From an uncultured Anaerolineaceae bacterium (GTDB taxonomy: Bacteria > Chloroflexota > Anaerolineae > Anaerolineales > E44-bin32): DNA of 64,000 nt. The DNA is taken from positions 4,487 to 68,486 of the forward strand of contig CAZFCJ010000003.1 of assembly GCA_964517315.1 (NCBI GenBank), written 5' to 3'. The position numbers and the translations under genes are program-made. Below are positions 19,123 to 28,289 of this stretch, piece after piece (position 1 is the stretch's first letter; every line of letters begins with the position of its first letter). The notes beneath the pieces were generated by a model. It was not told the origin of the DNA. It did not search any database and saw only the letters and a list, made by a program, of their open reading frames with translations.

Positions 19123-19150
19123 GTAGGGGCGCCCCGCCGGTGCCCCTAAG
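19123..19150. repeat. REP-like element GTAGGGGCGCCCCGCCGGTGCCCCTAAG
   Basis: Same head and tail arms as the 9.2-9.6 kb copies. Confidence 0.7.
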
Positions 19151-19168
19151 GTGGAATTTCCTTGCCGC

Positions 19169-19196
19169 GTAGGGGCGCATCGCGATGCGTCCTGAC
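19169..19196. repeat. REP-like element GTAGGGGCGCATCGCGATGCGTCCTGAC
   Basis: Same head, and the core is identical to 9469..9480. Confidence 0.7.
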
Positions 19197-19293
19197 AGCG
19201 GGCCATTGGCTCTTAAGGGCCGAGGGTCTTCCTTGGAGGATCGGAAAGCCCTCTTGCCCCCCATGGATGTCCTTGGGTCGTAAGAAAACGCGT

Positions 19294-19818
19294 CTACAGC
19301 GGCGCATAGATCAAGCTGGCCGTCACTCCGAAGATCAAGCCAAGAAGTGCCCCCGCAAGCACATCCGACAGGTAGTGGACCCCCATCACGACCCGGGCCA
19401 TCAGCACCAAGGGCGCCCAGACGAGAGTGGCGGTCTGGAGCCAGGCTGGTCCCCAGGCCGCGATGAGTACGGCGAGCAGGACGGCCCGAGCTGCGTGTCC
19501 GGAGGGGAAAGAGTGCGGGTCCGTTCGGCGGTAGATCGAGCCCCACGTGCCCTCGGGCCGTCGGCGTCGGATGGCGAACTTGAGGCCCATGACCACCGCC
19601 GCCGTCACGAGGACAGCGATGGCGAGGGCCAGCGACCAGTTGCGCCATGGACCGCTCGAGCGCCAGGCGACGATCGCCAGTCCGATGAGCCAAAACCAGG
19701 AATCTGCGGAGTGGGCCAGCAGCGCCGCGATCCAGCGCAGGGGGCTCGGTCGTTCGGCGATGGAAAGGCGGGCCGTCCAGCGGCGGTCGAGGCGGAGCAC
19801 ACGCCCCAGAAGGTTCAT
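19294..19818 (-). CDS. PAP2 superfamily membrane phosphatase
   Basis: 174 aa with PAP2 motifs SFPSGHAARA and GVHYLSDVLAG. Confidence 0.85.
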   Translation of the reverse strand: MNLLGRVLRLDRRWTARLSIAERPSPLRWIAALLAHSADSWFWLIGLAIVAWRSSGPWRNWSLALAIAVLVTAAVVMGLKFAIRRRRPEGTWGSIYRRTDPHSFPSGHAARAVLLAVLIAAWGPAWLQTATLVWAPLVLMARVVMGVHYLSDVLAGALLGLIFGVTASLIYAPL

Positions 19819-20612
19819 GGGGGCTGACCCTGCGCCAGGTCGCGTCGGATGAGCTCAAGCTGCCCGGGCTTGTCGACGTCCATCGCGACTTCGGCCCACG
19901 GAGAAAGGTGCACCCGTCCGCGGAGATTCAAGCGCGCCGCAATGCGCTGAAGCGTCTGGTCGAGCGTGAGCCGCCTGAGGAGCAGGAGCAGCAAGGTGTC
20001 GAAGCCTACGACCGCGGCCTGTCGCAGCGGGCTCTTGCGGGCCCCGATGAGCCGGTCCCAGAGGTCGAGATCCACGTCCATGTGGACGTGGATAAGATGG
20101 ATATCCCCGCCGCAGATTTCGACGTTCCGAAGTTTTACATATGTGCGACTGGAGTCCGGGAAGCGGCGTTCCATCACAGTGCGCTTTACGGCCACGAAAT
20201 CCAGATCGACCTGTGGCCCGGTGGCCTGGCGCACGCGCCAATCGACGATTTCCGGCGTGAGCGTGGGGAGGTCGGCTGAGGCGAAGAGCACGTACTCGCG
20301 GTCTGAGCCGATTCGCCGGGCCCATTCCAGGCCGGCCAGCGAGTTCTGCAGCAACCCCCCGTGCTCCTCGAGGAAGGTGAGCGGTTTCGTCGCCCGCAGG
20401 CCGTCCTGTTCGGAAAGGCCGAGGATGGCGATGCGCTCTACGCTCTCCGCTCCGTCCAGCGCATCCAGCACCCACTGGACCATCGGCTTTCCGCCCACGT
20501 CGATCAAGGCTTTCGGACCGCCCCGGCTCAGCGTGTAGAGCGGATCGTCCTCGGGGGGCACTTTTCCTGCCGCGACGAACGCGTTCACACGGGGGAGCGG
20601 CGAGGATTTCAT
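19815..20612 (-). CDS. MobA-like nucleotidyltransferase family protein
   Basis: N-terminus NAFVAAGK...ALIDVGGKPMVQWVLDAL. Start set at ATG 20612 (MKSSPLP), which forms an ATGA overlap with the upstream ATL gene. The listed ORF extends to 20789. Confidence 0.7.
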   Translation of the reverse strand: MKSSPLPRVNAFVAAGKVPPEDDPLYTLSRGGPKALIDVGGKPMVQWVLDALDGAESVERIAILGLSEQDGLRATKPLTFLEEHGGLLQNSLAGLEWARRIGSDREYVLFASADLPTLTPEIVDWRVRQATGPQVDLDFVAVKRTVMERRFPDSSRTYVKLRNVEICGGDIHLIHVHMDVDLDLWDRLIGARKSPLRQAAVVGFDTLLLLLLRRLTLDQTLQRIAARLNLRGRVHLSPWAEVAMDVDKPGQLELIRRDLAQGQPP

Positions 20613-21004
20613 GATCGCAGCGACTCCGGAAGGTCGTCGCTGGACGGCTTCCAGCGAGCGGCGTCCAAGTCCACCCTCTCCGGCTGAAGGAACGGGGTCG
20701 CTTCGCCTTTCAGGAGCGCCAGCTGCGCGCGATGCGTTCCCGAGGGGCGGAAACTGGTACGGCCCTCTGCGTTCACGACCCTGTGCCATGGGAGGTCCTC
20801 CGGGCAGCGGGAGAGGGCGTAGCCCACCCAGCGGGCGCGAATCCGCCGGTAGGCCAAGGGGTCGATTCCCGGCGGGGCCGGAATCAATTCCGCGATGTCC
20901 CCGTAGGTCATGACCTTGCCAGGGGGAATGAGTCGGACGATCGCATAGACGGTTCTTTCGAACTGTGAACGATCCGCTGTCGATCGGGAATCGCCTGACA
21001 TCAC
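20609..21004 (-). CDS. alkyltransferase-like (ATL) protein: MGMT DNA-binding domain with Trp replacing the acceptor Cys
   Basis: 131 aa. Has motif PWHRVVNAEG instead of PCHRV. Confidence 0.8.
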   Translation of the reverse strand: MMSGDSRSTADRSQFERTVYAIVRLIPPGKVMTYGDIAELIPAPPGIDPLAYRRIRARWVGYALSRCPEDLPWHRVVNAEGRTSFRPSGTHRAQLALLKGEATPFLQPERVDLDAARWKPSSDDLPESLRS

Positions 21005-21033
21005 AAACCTCGTCCGGAAAGCGAGAAGATAGA

Positions 21034-21933
21034 CTATTTCAGGCGCGTGAGCCGCGGTCGCAAGCCGGCGCGGTCGATCATATCCTGCAACTCGTCTCGG
21101 TTGAGCGGCCGGCCCTTTCCGGCCAAGGCCACGAGCGCGGCTTCCATCATGTTCGTACCAAACGAACGGCCGTCGATGATCGGCGTCGTGGTGAGCAGAT
21201 AGGCGACCCCGGCGGAACGGAACAGTTCTACGTCATCGGGGGTCGTCGTGTTGGTGACGACGATCTTACCCGGAAGAGAGTCCGGCATGTGGCGCTTCAC
21301 ATAATGACAGTCTCCGGCGATCACATTCGCCCATCGATAGTAGCGTGTCCACTTCGGCGCGCGTTGGTCCTGCGCCGCTCCGGTGGGATAGAGCCAGGTG
21401 AACGGCAGCCGGGAGACGAACGGGACGACGAGGGCAGCCAGGCGGCGGATGGATCGCCTGGATCGCAGGGGAATGGGCAGGCCGAGTGCAAACATCAAAT
21501 CGCCGAACACGCACTCGTAGCCGGCCTCGGCAAATGAGCTTGCCATCCCCCAGCGGTCTGCGCCGCTGGTGATCAGGGCGCGGCGTGGCGACACCGGCTC
21601 GGGGAGCGTTCGATCGAGTTCCAGGGCCACCCGAGCCTCGAGCGTGTTCTTGAGCCCGGATCCGTCGACAACCGGTGTTTCCTTGATATGGCGGATCATG
21701 GGTTGGACGGAGTGCAGCGGATACCAGCGGTGGTCGATCTGCAAGCCGAGATCGGCTCCGCCCACGCCGAAGGCGTTCACCCGCCCATCGAGCGCGCCAA
21801 ACAGCTCAGCGGCGCGCTCGATGTCACCATCGGTCCCGATTCGCTCGACGGCAACGGTTTCGCCCATCAGCTCGAACTGGACGGACTTATCCCGCCTCGA
21901 CGAGCCCAGGCTGATGCTGACGGCCCGCTTCAT
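21034..21933 (-). CDS. conserved hypothetical protein (family sometimes auto-annotated as quinate 5-dehydrogenase-like)
   Basis: 299 aa with good coding character and no motif I can assign with confidence. Confidence 0.45.
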   Translation of the reverse strand: MKRAVSISLGSSRRDKSVQFELMGETVAVERIGTDGDIERAAELFGALDGRVNAFGVGGADLGLQIDHRWYPLHSVQPMIRHIKETPVVDGSGLKNTLEARVALELDRTLPEPVSPRRALITSGADRWGMASSFAEAGYECVFGDLMFALGLPIPLRSRRSIRRLAALVVPFVSRLPFTWLYPTGAAQDQRAPKWTRYYRWANVIAGDCHYVKRHMPDSLPGKIVVTNTTTPDDVELFRSAGVAYLLTTTPIIDGRSFGTNMMEAALVALAGKGRPLNRDELQDMIDRAGLRPRLTRLK

Positions 21934-22008
21934 CTAGAGCTCCTTGACCGGTCGAACATGTGGCTCTGGCGACCTGTTCCAAAACGCGAGTGGGCTCGAT
22001 CAACCCAT

Positions 22009-22842
22009 TCACGTGCCCCAGTCGCGCGGGTAGAGGAAGTCGTGTCCCACCGAGCGCGGGCTGATCTTGGCGATCGGGGGCATGACGCGCTTGAAGTGGT
22101 TGCGGCGCACCATGGCGATCACTTCTTCCACGAACGTTTTGTCGAAACCGGCCTCAACGCAGGCCTCCGGCGTGTAGCGTTCGTCGACCCACAGATGCAG
22201 AAACCGATCGGCTTGCTCGTAGGTGAAACCGAGTTCGCCTTCGTCAGTCTGGCCGATCCACAGGTCCGCCGAGGGCGGTTTGGTAACGATTTCGTCGGGT
22301 ACGCCCATGGCGCGAGCGAGCTGCCGGATCTGCGTCTTGTACAGGTCCCCGTTGGGGTTGATGGCGCAGGCCGAATCGCCGTACAGCGTTGTGTAGCCGA
22401 GCAAAATCTCGGTCTTGTTTCCGGTGCCGATGACCAACGCGTCGAACGCAGCCGATTGATCGTAGAGCACGATCATCCGCGCCCGTGCCATCACGTTCCC
22501 CATGCGCACCTGGTCCATCTCCGGAAATCGTTCGAACAGTGGCTCGACCAAGTCGGTGATCTCTACGTCCACCTGTTGAACGCCGAGCCGATCGATGACC
22601 GCTCCCGCGTGCTCCATCGAATCGGGGGAAGAGGTACGGTACGGCATGCGGACGGCCAGCACGTTCTCCGCCCCGAGGGCGGCCGCACTGAGATAGCAGG
22701 CCAGTGAAGAATCCACGCCCCCCGACAGGCCGACGACCGCGCGCTGGAAGCCGTGCCGGCCGAGCTCGTCCTGAATGAAGTCGGTCAGGATGGTCTGGGC
22801 CAAATCCGGGTTGATTTTCAAACGTTCGTCAATCCACTGCAT
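22009..22842 (-). CDS. nadE: NAD+ synthetase (synthetase/PP-loop domain only)
   Basis: 277 aa with PP-loop SGGVDSS. NadE-like throughout. Confidence 0.9.
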   Translation of the reverse strand: MQWIDERLKINPDLAQTILTDFIQDELGRHGFQRAVVGLSGGVDSSLACYLSAAALGAENVLAVRMPYRTSSPDSMEHAGAVIDRLGVQQVDVEITDLVEPLFERFPEMDQVRMGNVMARARMIVLYDQSAAFDALVIGTGNKTEILLGYTTLYGDSACAINPNGDLYKTQIRQLARAMGVPDEIVTKPPSADLWIGQTDEGELGFTYEQADRFLHLWVDERYTPEACVEAGFDKTFVEEVIAMVRRNHFKRVMPPIAKISPRSVGHDFLYPRDWGT

Positions 22843-22898
22843 CGGACTTCTCTCACCACGACAGAATCGGGCCGAGGGCTAACTGCGGCCGCTCGACA

Positions 22899-23753
22899 TC
22901 ATCTCGAGTCAAGGATACGCTGCATTTCGCGTTGGACAAGCTGGGTTCTCTCATCGCGCAGCAATGGAAGGCGGTTCCGAGTGCGGCGAATCTGGGCCAG
23001 GTCGATTTCCGCCAACGTCAGCGCTTCTTCATGATAGGGGCCCTGGGCGACGGCGTCACCTTCGGGATCGAACACCGTGGCTCGGCCTCCGAACTTCAAT
23101 CCGTCCTCAAACCCGACGCGGTTGGTGTGGGCGATGTACGTCGTAAGCAGACTGGCGTAGGATCGATTGACCCGCTCAACCCACTCCACGGAGCTCAGAA
23201 CGTCGGATTCGCCCAGACCGCGCGAGGGGGAGGCGGAGATGAAGAACAGCAACTCCGCGCCGTCCAGCCACAGCAAATAAGGCGGCGAAACATGCCAGAA
23301 GTCCTCGCAGATCAGGAGGCCGACTCTGCCAAAGCGCGTGTCGAAGGCCCGCACCCGGTCGCCCCAGGCGAAGAAACGGCTCTCCTGAAACAGGCCGTAG
23401 GTCGGCAGGTACACTTTTCGATGCACGTGGACGGCCTCACCCTGGGAGAGGTAGGCCGCCGAAATGTAGTATTGGCCCCGCTCGCCCGCCTCAGCGAAGC
23501 CGACGATGATGTCTATATCTCCACTGGCTTCGCAGAGCGGACCGAAGGTGGGATCTTCAGGCGTCGGACGACGGGCGACCTGCGAGACCAGATCTTTCAA
23601 GCTGTAGCCGGTGAGGGAGAGCTCAGGGAAGATGACCAGGTCCGCTCCCCGGTCTTTGGCGCGGGCGATGGTATCAAGGTGAACTTCGAGGTTGGCGGAA
23701 ACGTCCCCGAGTCGAGTGTTCATTTGGACCAGGCCGAGGGTCAGCTTGCGCAT
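22899..23753 (-). CDS. carbon-nitrogen hydrolase (nitrilase superfamily), probable glutaminase partner of NadE
   Basis: 284 aa with catalytic-triad contexts FPELSLTGY and LLICEDFWH. Lies immediately upstream of nadE. Confidence 0.8.
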   Translation of the reverse strand: MRKLTLGLVQMNTRLGDVSANLEVHLDTIARAKDRGADLVIFPELSLTGYSLKDLVSQVARRPTPEDPTFGPLCEASGDIDIIVGFAEAGERGQYYISAAYLSQGEAVHVHRKVYLPTYGLFQESRFFAWGDRVRAFDTRFGRVGLLICEDFWHVSPPYLLWLDGAELLFFISASPSRGLGESDVLSSVEWVERVNRSYASLLTTYIAHTNRVGFEDGLKFGGRATVFDPEGDAVAQGPYHEEALTLAEIDLAQIRRTRNRLPLLRDERTQLVQREMQRILDSR

Positions 23754-23763
23754 AGGGCCCCCG

Positions 23764-24471
23764 TTAGCCGGCGCGGCGGCTTAGCAGCAGCCCGGCCACC
23801 CCGACCAGGACGACGACCACCGCTCCCAATCCGTCGCCGCGCAAGCCGGCGACCTGTGGCACGGGATCGGCCCGGACCAGGCTCAGCAGCAGCGCCACCG
23901 CGCCGTGGTAGATAAGGCCCGCGGCGAAAATCGTTCCCGGTCGCTTGGCCCTCCGTTGGAGCCAGAGAAGCCCCACCAGGCCGGCGAGAGAGGCTATGGC
24001 CCCGGCCGATTGGGTCGGCCAGCGTGGGAGGCTGATTCCCGCCAGGTCCCGCGTGGGCGGCACCCAGGTGGGCGGCTCGAGGCGCACACCATATGCGCAA
24101 CCCTCGGGCAGACACCCCAGCCACCCCGCGAAGATCAGCAGCGTTGAGGGCAAGATCAGACGATCGGCCAGGTGCCAGAAATTCCCTTCCGTCAGAACGC
24201 AGTACAATCCCAGCCCTGCGATCGCGCCGGCGGCGGCCCCGAATCCGCTCAAGCCGCCCTGCCAGAACCATAGACTCTGGGCCGGGTGCGCGGCGTAGTA
24301 ATCGAAGTGATATGACACGAAGACGGCGCGGCTGGCCACCAGCCCGCCGGCCAGAGAGGCGAGCCCGGCGTCGAGAGGTCCGGCTCGAGGTCCGTGCGCA
24401 GGGCGCATGAGGCCGAGCCAGGTCAGCGCGGCGAGTACTGCCAGTGCGAAGAGAATGACGAAGAGCGGCAT
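23764..24471 (-). CDS. divergent prolipoprotein diacylglyceryl transferase (Lgt)-family membrane protein
   Basis: Lgt-like blocks FWQGGLSGFGAAAG, LGCLPEGCAYG and RWPTQ. Start set at MPLFVILF (24471). Confidence 0.6.
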   Translation of the reverse strand: MPLFVILFALAVLAALTWLGLMRPAHGPRAGPLDAGLASLAGGLVASRAVFVSYHFDYYAAHPAQSLWFWQGGLSGFGAAAGAIAGLGLYCVLTEGNFWHLADRLILPSTLLIFAGWLGCLPEGCAYGVRLEPPTWVPPTRDLAGISLPRWPTQSAGAIASLAGLVGLLWLQRRAKRPGTIFAAGLIYHGAVALLLSLVRADPVPQVAGLRGDGLGAVVVVLVGVAGLLLSRRAG

Positions 24472-24586
24472 TGGCGATCGGCACCATGGGTCCCGGTTAT
24501 GATACCACCGGCAAGCGGGCGGGCCCTTGGAGGGGCCCACTCACGATGAAGTGAAGCGCCAGCGGCGCAGCGGTCTTGCGGGGATC

Positions 24587-25048
24587 ATGAGCGATCACAT
24601 CGACTCGGTGCGGATCAAGAAAGCGAGGGTCTGGGACTTGGTGATGTTGCAGCGGCTCTCGAAACGCTGCTTCGGCCGCGACGCCTGGTCCTGGGTGGAC
24701 ATGCTGGCCGCGCTGGTCACGCCCGGCGCGGTGCGTCTCAAGGCTCTGAGGGACGGGCGCCTCATCGGGTACGTGATCGCCGACCAGCGGGACAGGGGAG
24801 TGGGGTGGATTGCTTCGATCGCGGTGGCGCCGGGCGCCCGACGGAAAGGGATAGGATCTCTGCTGCTCAAGGCCGCTGAGGGTGAATTGAACACAACCCG
24901 AATCCGGTTGGCCCTGCGCCCTTCCAACCGGGCCGCGCTGAACCTCTATCAACGGCACGGCTATGAGACCGTAATCCACTGGCCCCGTTACTACAACGAC
25001 GGCGAGGACGCGTTGGTCATGGAGAAACCATCGCACGGCGACCTTTAG
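24587..25048 (+). CDS. GNAT N-acetyltransferase (RimI-like)
   Basis: GNAT motif A RRKGIGSLLL. Start set at ATG 24587. Confidence 0.75.
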   Translation: MSDHIDSVRIKKARVWDLVMLQRLSKRCFGRDAWSWVDMLAALVTPGAVRLKALRDGRLIGYVIADQRDRGVGWIASIAVAPGARRKGIGSLLLKAAEGELNTTRIRLALRPSNRAALNLYQRHGYETVIHWPRYYNDGEDALVMEKPSHGDL

Positions 25049-25146
25049 CTGTCGGCTTGGGTTTGGTACAATCGACGCTCGCAAAGGGGCGTGAAGACCC
25101 TCTGCCCCGAAGCGCCTGAGGCGCTTGTATCATTTAGAAAGGGCTT

Positions 25147-25773
25147 GTGAAACCCATGAAAGTATTGTTGCTCAAAGATGTCTACAAGCTCGGCCGTGCC
25201 GGCGAGGTCAAGAACGTCGCAGACGGCTACGGCCGCAATTACCTTGTGCCGCAGGGGCTGGCCGTGCTGGCCACGGAGGGCGCCCTGCGCCAGGCCGAGA
25301 AGATCCGCGAGGTCGCTGAGGATGAGCGGCAACGACTGAATCAGGAGCTCAGTGAAGTCGCCGAGACGCTGGAGGATCTGACTCTTTCCTTTGCCATGAA
25401 GGCGGGCGAGACCGACAAACTGTACGGCTCGGTGACCACGATGATGATCGCCGACGCGATCAAAGACGAGACGGGCATCGAGGTCGACAAACGCGACGTG
25501 GACAGCGAGCCGATCAAAGCGCTCGGCGTGCACAGCGCGGCGGTCAGATTGACGATCGATTTGGTGCCCGAGATCACGATCCTGGTCCACCGGGAGGGCG
25601 AACCCCCTGCAACGGCTTTCGAGATCGCGGCGGAGGAAACGGCCGAGGAAATCACCGAGTCGTTCGCAGAGCTGAAAGAGGAGCTGGAAGAAGAAGCCGT
25701 CGCACCGGACGCGCAGCTTGAGGAAGGGGAGCCGGAGGAGCTCGAGCCCGAAGAGCTCGAAGAAGGGGCCTAG
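25147..25773 (+). CDS. rplI: 50S ribosomal protein L9 with about 55-aa acidic C-terminal extension
   Basis: N-terminus MKVLLLKDVYKLGRAGEVKNVADGYGRNYLVPQGLA. Glu-rich tail EELEEEAV...EELEPEELEEGA. Confidence 0.9.
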   Translation: MKPMKVLLLKDVYKLGRAGEVKNVADGYGRNYLVPQGLAVLATEGALRQAEKIREVAEDERQRLNQELSEVAETLEDLTLSFAMKAGETDKLYGSVTTMMIADAIKDETGIEVDKRDVDSEPIKALGVHSAAVRLTIDLVPEITILVHREGEPPATAFEIAAEETAEEITESFAELKEELEEEAVAPDAQLEEGEPEELEPEELEEGA

Positions 25774-25807
25774 CGCGGCACCGCGGAGGTGAGGCCTCCG
25801 CCTTTCG

Positions 25808-26749
25808 ATGGAAGACATCGGCCGTCTGCTGCGTGAAAGCCGTGAAAAGCTCGGCCTGACCCTCGAAGAGGTCGAGAGAACCACCCGCATCCGCAAACGA
25901 CATCTCGAGGCACTGGAAAACGGCGAGATAGGTGAGCTTCCGTCGCCGGTCCAGGCGCGCGGCTTTTTACGCAATTACGCTGACTTCCTGGGCTTGGACG
26001 CCGAAGCGGTATTGCTGCAGTTCGCGGAGGACCTGCAGGCCGGCAGCCGGCGGCGGGCCAAAGGATCCGGCGAGCAAGCCCGAACTCGCAGCGAACCGGT
26101 GCGCGTGCGGTCCCGCCGATTTCCGTGGCTCACCAGCGATCTTTTCGTAGCCATGGCCATCGTCATCGCCGTGTTTGGCGTTTTGATTTGGGGTGGAAGT
26201 CGGGTGCTGGCGGCCATGCGCGAAGAGCGTGAAGTCGGCGGCCAACCCGCCGCGGTAACGCTTTCCACTCCCTCGCCGATACCGACCGGAACTCCAGTGC
26301 CCCAAGTGGAATCCTCCGATGGGGATCCGCCGCCGGCGGCCACGGTGCAGGAAACTGGGGAGGGCACCTTACCTCCCGATCTGCTCGGCGAAGATTTTCC
26401 GGAGGATGTGATCAGCCTCCGGATTCTGGTCGAGAAGCGTGCTTTTGTGGAAGTCACCGTGGACGGAGATGTACAGTTTTCGGGGCGGGTGGCTCCGGGG
26501 GAGATTCTTGAGTACCAGGGAGAGGAGCTGATCCGGCTGGTGACCGGCAACGCGCGCGGACTGCGAATTGTCCTCAACGGTGAGGATCAAGGAGTGCTGG
26601 GCGAGGTGGGCGAGATCACGACGAGGTTGTGGACATTGGAAGGCGAGATTACACCAACGCCGACCGTGACCACGCCCCCGACGGCCACGCCCACGCCAAC
26701 TCGCACTCCGACGCCGAGCCTCACGAGTTCGCCCGCGCCGACTCCTTAG
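25808..26749 (+). CDS. RodZ-like HTH (XRE) membrane protein with DUF4115-like domain and Pro/Thr-rich tail
   Basis: 313 aa with an N-terminal HTH (IGRLLRESREKLGLTLEEVERTTRIRKRHLEALE), one TM segment and a C-terminal beta domain. Confidence 0.75.
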   Translation: MEDIGRLLRESREKLGLTLEEVERTTRIRKRHLEALENGEIGELPSPVQARGFLRNYADFLGLDAEAVLLQFAEDLQAGSRRRAKGSGEQARTRSEPVRVRSRRFPWLTSDLFVAMAIVIAVFGVLIWGGSRVLAAMREEREVGGQPAAVTLSTPSPIPTGTPVPQVESSDGDPPPAATVQETGEGTLPPDLLGEDFPEDVISLRILVEKRAFVEVTVDGDVQFSGRVAPGEILEYQGEELIRLVTGNARGLRIVLNGEDQGVLGEVGEITTRLWTLEGEITPTPTVTTPPTATPTPTRTPTPSLTSSPAPTP

Positions 26750-27081
26750 TCGATATCCTGATCCGGTTCATCCGGCGGCCGCTCGCGCCATTCACCTTCC
26801 ACGACGGATTCCAGCTCCCGCTGATGTTCAGCGACGACGTCCGGCGGGCATAGCTCGACGAACAGGTAGGCGCCCAACCATAGTATCGCCGCGTCGTCCA
26901 GCGGTCCGGGGGCGAGATCGGGCACAAGCAGGTACACGAGCGATCCGATCGGCAGAAGCTTCGGCAGCGGGTGGACGCGACGGTCCTTCAGCAGCCGGAG
27001 GATCAAGCGTACGCGCATCCCGATCTGGTCGAACAGCCCACCGTTCGAGGGCACAATCGGATTGGACGGGTCGTCAGTCAT
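26746..27081 (-). CDS. DUF1232 (YkvA)-like small membrane protein
   Basis: 111 aa. Motif LVYLLVPDLAPGPLDDAAILW resembles the DUF1232 signature. Confidence 0.5.
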   Translation of the reverse strand: MTDDPSNPIVPSNGGLFDQIGMRVRLILRLLKDRRVHPLPKLLPIGSLVYLLVPDLAPGPLDDAAILWLGAYLFVELCPPDVVAEHQRELESVVEGEWRERPPDEPDQDID

Positions 27082-27233
27082 GTTGGCTCCTTGGGTGCAG
27101 CCGGATTATACCGAGTCAAGTACGACGAATTTAACAAAAGAAGCCGGTGGAAATGGGGGGGTTGTGCTAGAATTGCGCCAGACGGAAGACGCCCTGTTGG
27201 CCCCGGCTGGCAGGGCTGAACAATGTCCCGGGT

Positions 27234-28271
27234 GTGATGGTTTCCCAAATTCATCCTGAGAAGGTAACGGTTCGAGATAAGCTCAATCGGCCCCTGCGCG
27301 ATCTGCGCATCTCCGTGACGGATCGCTGTAATTTCCGCTGCGTTTACTGCATGCCGAAAGAAGTGTTCGGTCCCGGCTACCAGTTTCTGGGCCAGGACGA
27401 ACTCCTGAGTTTCGATGAGATCGAGCGCTTGACCGGTCTGTTCGCCCAACGGGGGGTCAGGAAAGTTCGCGTGACGGGCGGCGAGCCGCTGCTGCGGGTG
27501 GGGATTGAAAGGCTGGTGGAGCGGCTGGCCGGGATCCGGGGGATCGAGGACCTGACCATGACGACGAACGGATCCTTGTTGGCCAGGAAAGCCCAAGATT
27601 TGGCCAGCGCGGGGTTGAACCGGATTACGGTCAGTATGGACGCGCTGCATGACGACGTGTTCGAGGCGATGAATGAGGTCGACTTTCCGGTCGCCCCGGT
27701 GCTGGAGGGAATTGAAGCGGCCGCACAGGCCGGGCTGCGACCCGTCAAGGTGAACATGGTGGTAAAGCGCGGCGTGAACGACCGTGAGATCCTGCCCATG
27801 GTGCGGCACTTCCGCGGGACGGGCCATATCCTGCGCCTGATCGAGTATATGGACGTGGGAACGACCAACGGTTGGCGCATGCAGGACGTCGTACCGGCGG
27901 CCGAAATGCGCGACCGGATCGACGCCGCGTATCCGATTGAACCCCTCAAGGACAGCTACTATGGGGAGGTCGCCAACCGCTACCGCTTCCGCGATGGAGG
28001 AGGGGAGATCGGCATCATCGCCTCGGTCACCCAGCCGTTCTGCGGCGACTGCACGCGGCTGAGACTATCGGCGGATGGCCGGGCCTACACTTGCCTTTTC
28101 GCGGTGGAGGGCCACGATTTGCGCTCACCCCTGCGGAATGGCGCGAACGACGATGAACTCATGTCACGAATCCATCAGCTTTGGCAGCGACGGACGGACC
28201 GTTACTCGGAGGAACGCTCAGAGGAGACCATCGATCAGCCCAAGGTAGAGATGCACTTCATCGGCGGCTGA
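27234..28271 (+). CDS. moaA: GTP 3',8-cyclase (molybdenum cofactor biosynthesis protein A)
   Basis: 345 aa with radical-SAM CNFRCVYC and the C-terminal MoaA cluster motif CGDCTRLRLSADG. Confidence 0.92.
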   Translation: MMVSQIHPEKVTVRDKLNRPLRDLRISVTDRCNFRCVYCMPKEVFGPGYQFLGQDELLSFDEIERLTGLFAQRGVRKVRVTGGEPLLRVGIERLVERLAGIRGIEDLTMTTNGSLLARKAQDLASAGLNRITVSMDALHDDVFEAMNEVDFPVAPVLEGIEAAAQAGLRPVKVNMVVKRGVNDREILPMVRHFRGTGHILRLIEYMDVGTTNGWRMQDVVPAAEMRDRIDAAYPIEPLKDSYYGEVANRYRFRDGGGEIGIIASVTQPFCGDCTRLRLSADGRAYTCLFAVEGHDLRSPLRNGANDDELMSRIHQLWQRRTDRYSEERSEETIDQPKVEMHFIGG

Positions 28272-28289
28272 TCCCACCCCGGAATTTCC

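Noticed and set aside
20613-20789. N-terminal extension of the nucleotidyltransferase ORF overlapping the ATL gene
   Set aside because: ATG 20612 gives an ATGA junction with the ATL stop and a sensible N-terminus.
26629-26749. Repetitive ACN-CCN DNA at the 3' end of the rodZ-like gene
   Set aside because: It encodes a Pro/Thr-rich linker or tail (TPTPTVTTPPTATPTPTRTPTP). This is a low-complexity coding region, not a repeat element.
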